Source: Basidiobolus meristosporus CBS 931.73
Taxonomy: Eukaryota; Fungi; Basidiobolomycota
Assembly (NCBI GenBank): GCA_002104905.1
Contig: MCFE01000084.1
Coordinates: 114,274 to 178,273 of the forward strand
Direction: 5' to 3'
Length of the DNA stretch: 64,000 bases
The notes under the pieces were generated by a model that had not been told where the DNA came from, did no database searches, and saw only the letters and a program-made list of their open reading frames with translations. The position numbers and the translations under genes are program-made. Positions 62,999 to 64,000 of this stretch are shown here, in pieces (positions within the stretch are counted from its first letter, which is position 1; the number at the start of each line of letters is the position of its first letter).

Positions 62999-63014
62999 GG
63001 TTAGGGTTAGGGTT
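62998..63014 (+). repeat. Telomeric repeat tract GGG(TTAGGG)2TT
   Basis: Read directly, fused to the truncated 5' end of copy 2. Confidence 0.9.
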
Positions 63015-63560
63015 CTAGTGCTTTATTGGGAAATTTGCACAAGAAGTGCAATCTTGAAATATGACAAAGTCATATGAGTATAGCAACTATTATAAAATGA
63101 AAACTACTTTGCCAGTAAAAGGGGTGAAGGAAACTGTAAAAGTTATAAAGGAAAAGTTGGGGACACAAGAAATTTACAGTACCATTCATTGCCCTACACT
63201 GCAAGTAAGCTCAAGGAACATAAGGGGAAGCTTTACCAGACTGAACTAAAGAATCTTGCTTCAGATCACAAAGGAAACAATGAGGACTGCAGAAGCTTTA
63301 AAGGAAACCAAGGTTCCCATAGTGATGGCTGACTGGGAAATCTACAGAAGCATTCACTGATCCAAAAGAAGGAGGCAAGAGGCTAGAGTAATGTCATCAA
63401 AATAAAATGAACCATAAGCTGAAGTTCAGGCACATGCATCAAGTCCAATCATGCCAAAGACAGCTGCAGAAGCTTGAAAGGAAATAGAAAGTCTCCATTG
63501 GGGTGACTCCAGGGGAAATCCACAGTCAGCCCTTTACATCACCAGAGGTGGGCAGTGTCT

Positions 63561-63661
63561 GAAAGAAAGGAAAGAAAGAGCAAGAGAAAAGGGAAGGAGA
63601 GAAGGAAAAAGGAAGGAGAGAAGGAAAAAGGAAGGAGAGAAGAATGGGGTGGGTGGGTGGG
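63561..63661 (+). repeat. Polypurine tract with ~3 copies of a 19-bp unit, followed by the G-quadruplex motif GGGGTGGGTGGGTGGG (63646-63661)
   Basis: AAGGAAGGAGAGAAGGAAA repeats; four G-runs with 1-nt loops. Confidence 0.85.
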
Positions 63662-63662
63662 A

Positions 63663-64000
63663 AATCTTATAGGTGAAGGATCTTGTTAAAGATCACATCA
63701 CTAGGTTAGGGGAGATTGTTAGGGAAGGAGCATCAGGTCAGAAGACCCAATCTTATAGGTGAAGGATCTTGTTAAAGATCACATCACTAGGTTAGGGGAG
63801 ATTGTTAGGGAAGGAGCATCAGGTCAGAAGACCCAATCTTATAGGTGAAGGATCTTGTTAAAGATCACATCACTAGGTTAGGGGAGATTGTTAGGGAAGG
63901 AGCATCAGGTCAGAAGACCCAATCTTATAGGTGAAGGATCTTGTTAAAGATCACATCACTAGGTTAGGGGAGATTGTTAGGGAAGGAGCATCAGGTCAGA
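63663..64000. repeat. Perfect 86-bp tandem repeat, 3.9 copies, running off the window end; two TTAGGG per unit
   Basis: Units start at 63663, 63749, 63835 and 63921: AATCTTATAGGTGAAGGATCTTGTTAAAGATCACATCACTAGGTTAGGGGAGATTGTTAGGGAAGGAGCATCAGGTCAGAAGACCC. Confidence 0.96.

Noticed and set aside
63663-64000. CRISPR-like array
   Set aside because: Units are identical end to end with no unique spacers, the context is eukaryotic, and no cas genes are present.

Overview
Eukaryotic DNA, most likely from an early-diverging (zygomycete-grade) fungus: short GT-AG introns of 55-95 nt, a fungal-type alpha-tubulin and TTAGGG telomeric motifs. The window appears to run towards a chromosome end on the right. 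1-4.2 kb is a CpG-depleted nest of retroelement debris (Ty3/Gypsy gag-protease relic, a TA-flanked MITE, Ty1/Copia LTRs). 6.7-41 kb is an ordinary gene-rich block: SLC1-type acyltransferase, LRR protein, YciI-like protein, membrane-anchored GlgA-like glycosyltransferase, ASH2/BRE2, CofD/YvcK-like protein, formate/nitrite transporter, alpha-tubulin, bZIP, GPCR, secreted amidase and an ERMARD-like protein. 41-51 kb holds an intron-containing piggyBac transposase gene and a Copia nest. 51-56 kb holds HSP31-like and GST genes plus a pseudogenised bacterial (Bacteroidales-like) rhodanese-SirA fragment. The most striking feature is 56.5-64 kb, a head-to-tail array of an APE-type non-LTR retrotransposon. 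Its 3' end has no poly(A) and ends in telomere C-strand sequence, its 5' end points towards the putative telomere, and its truncated copy is capped by (TTAGGG)n. ORF1 and ORF2 are in frame and separated by a single TGA-CTA, the endonuclease lacks some canonical catalytic residues, and 4.3 kb of coding sequence has no CpG. Distal to it lies a non-coding, TTAGGG-bearing tandem-repeat unit. All comparisons and counts were done by eye and need computational confirmation.
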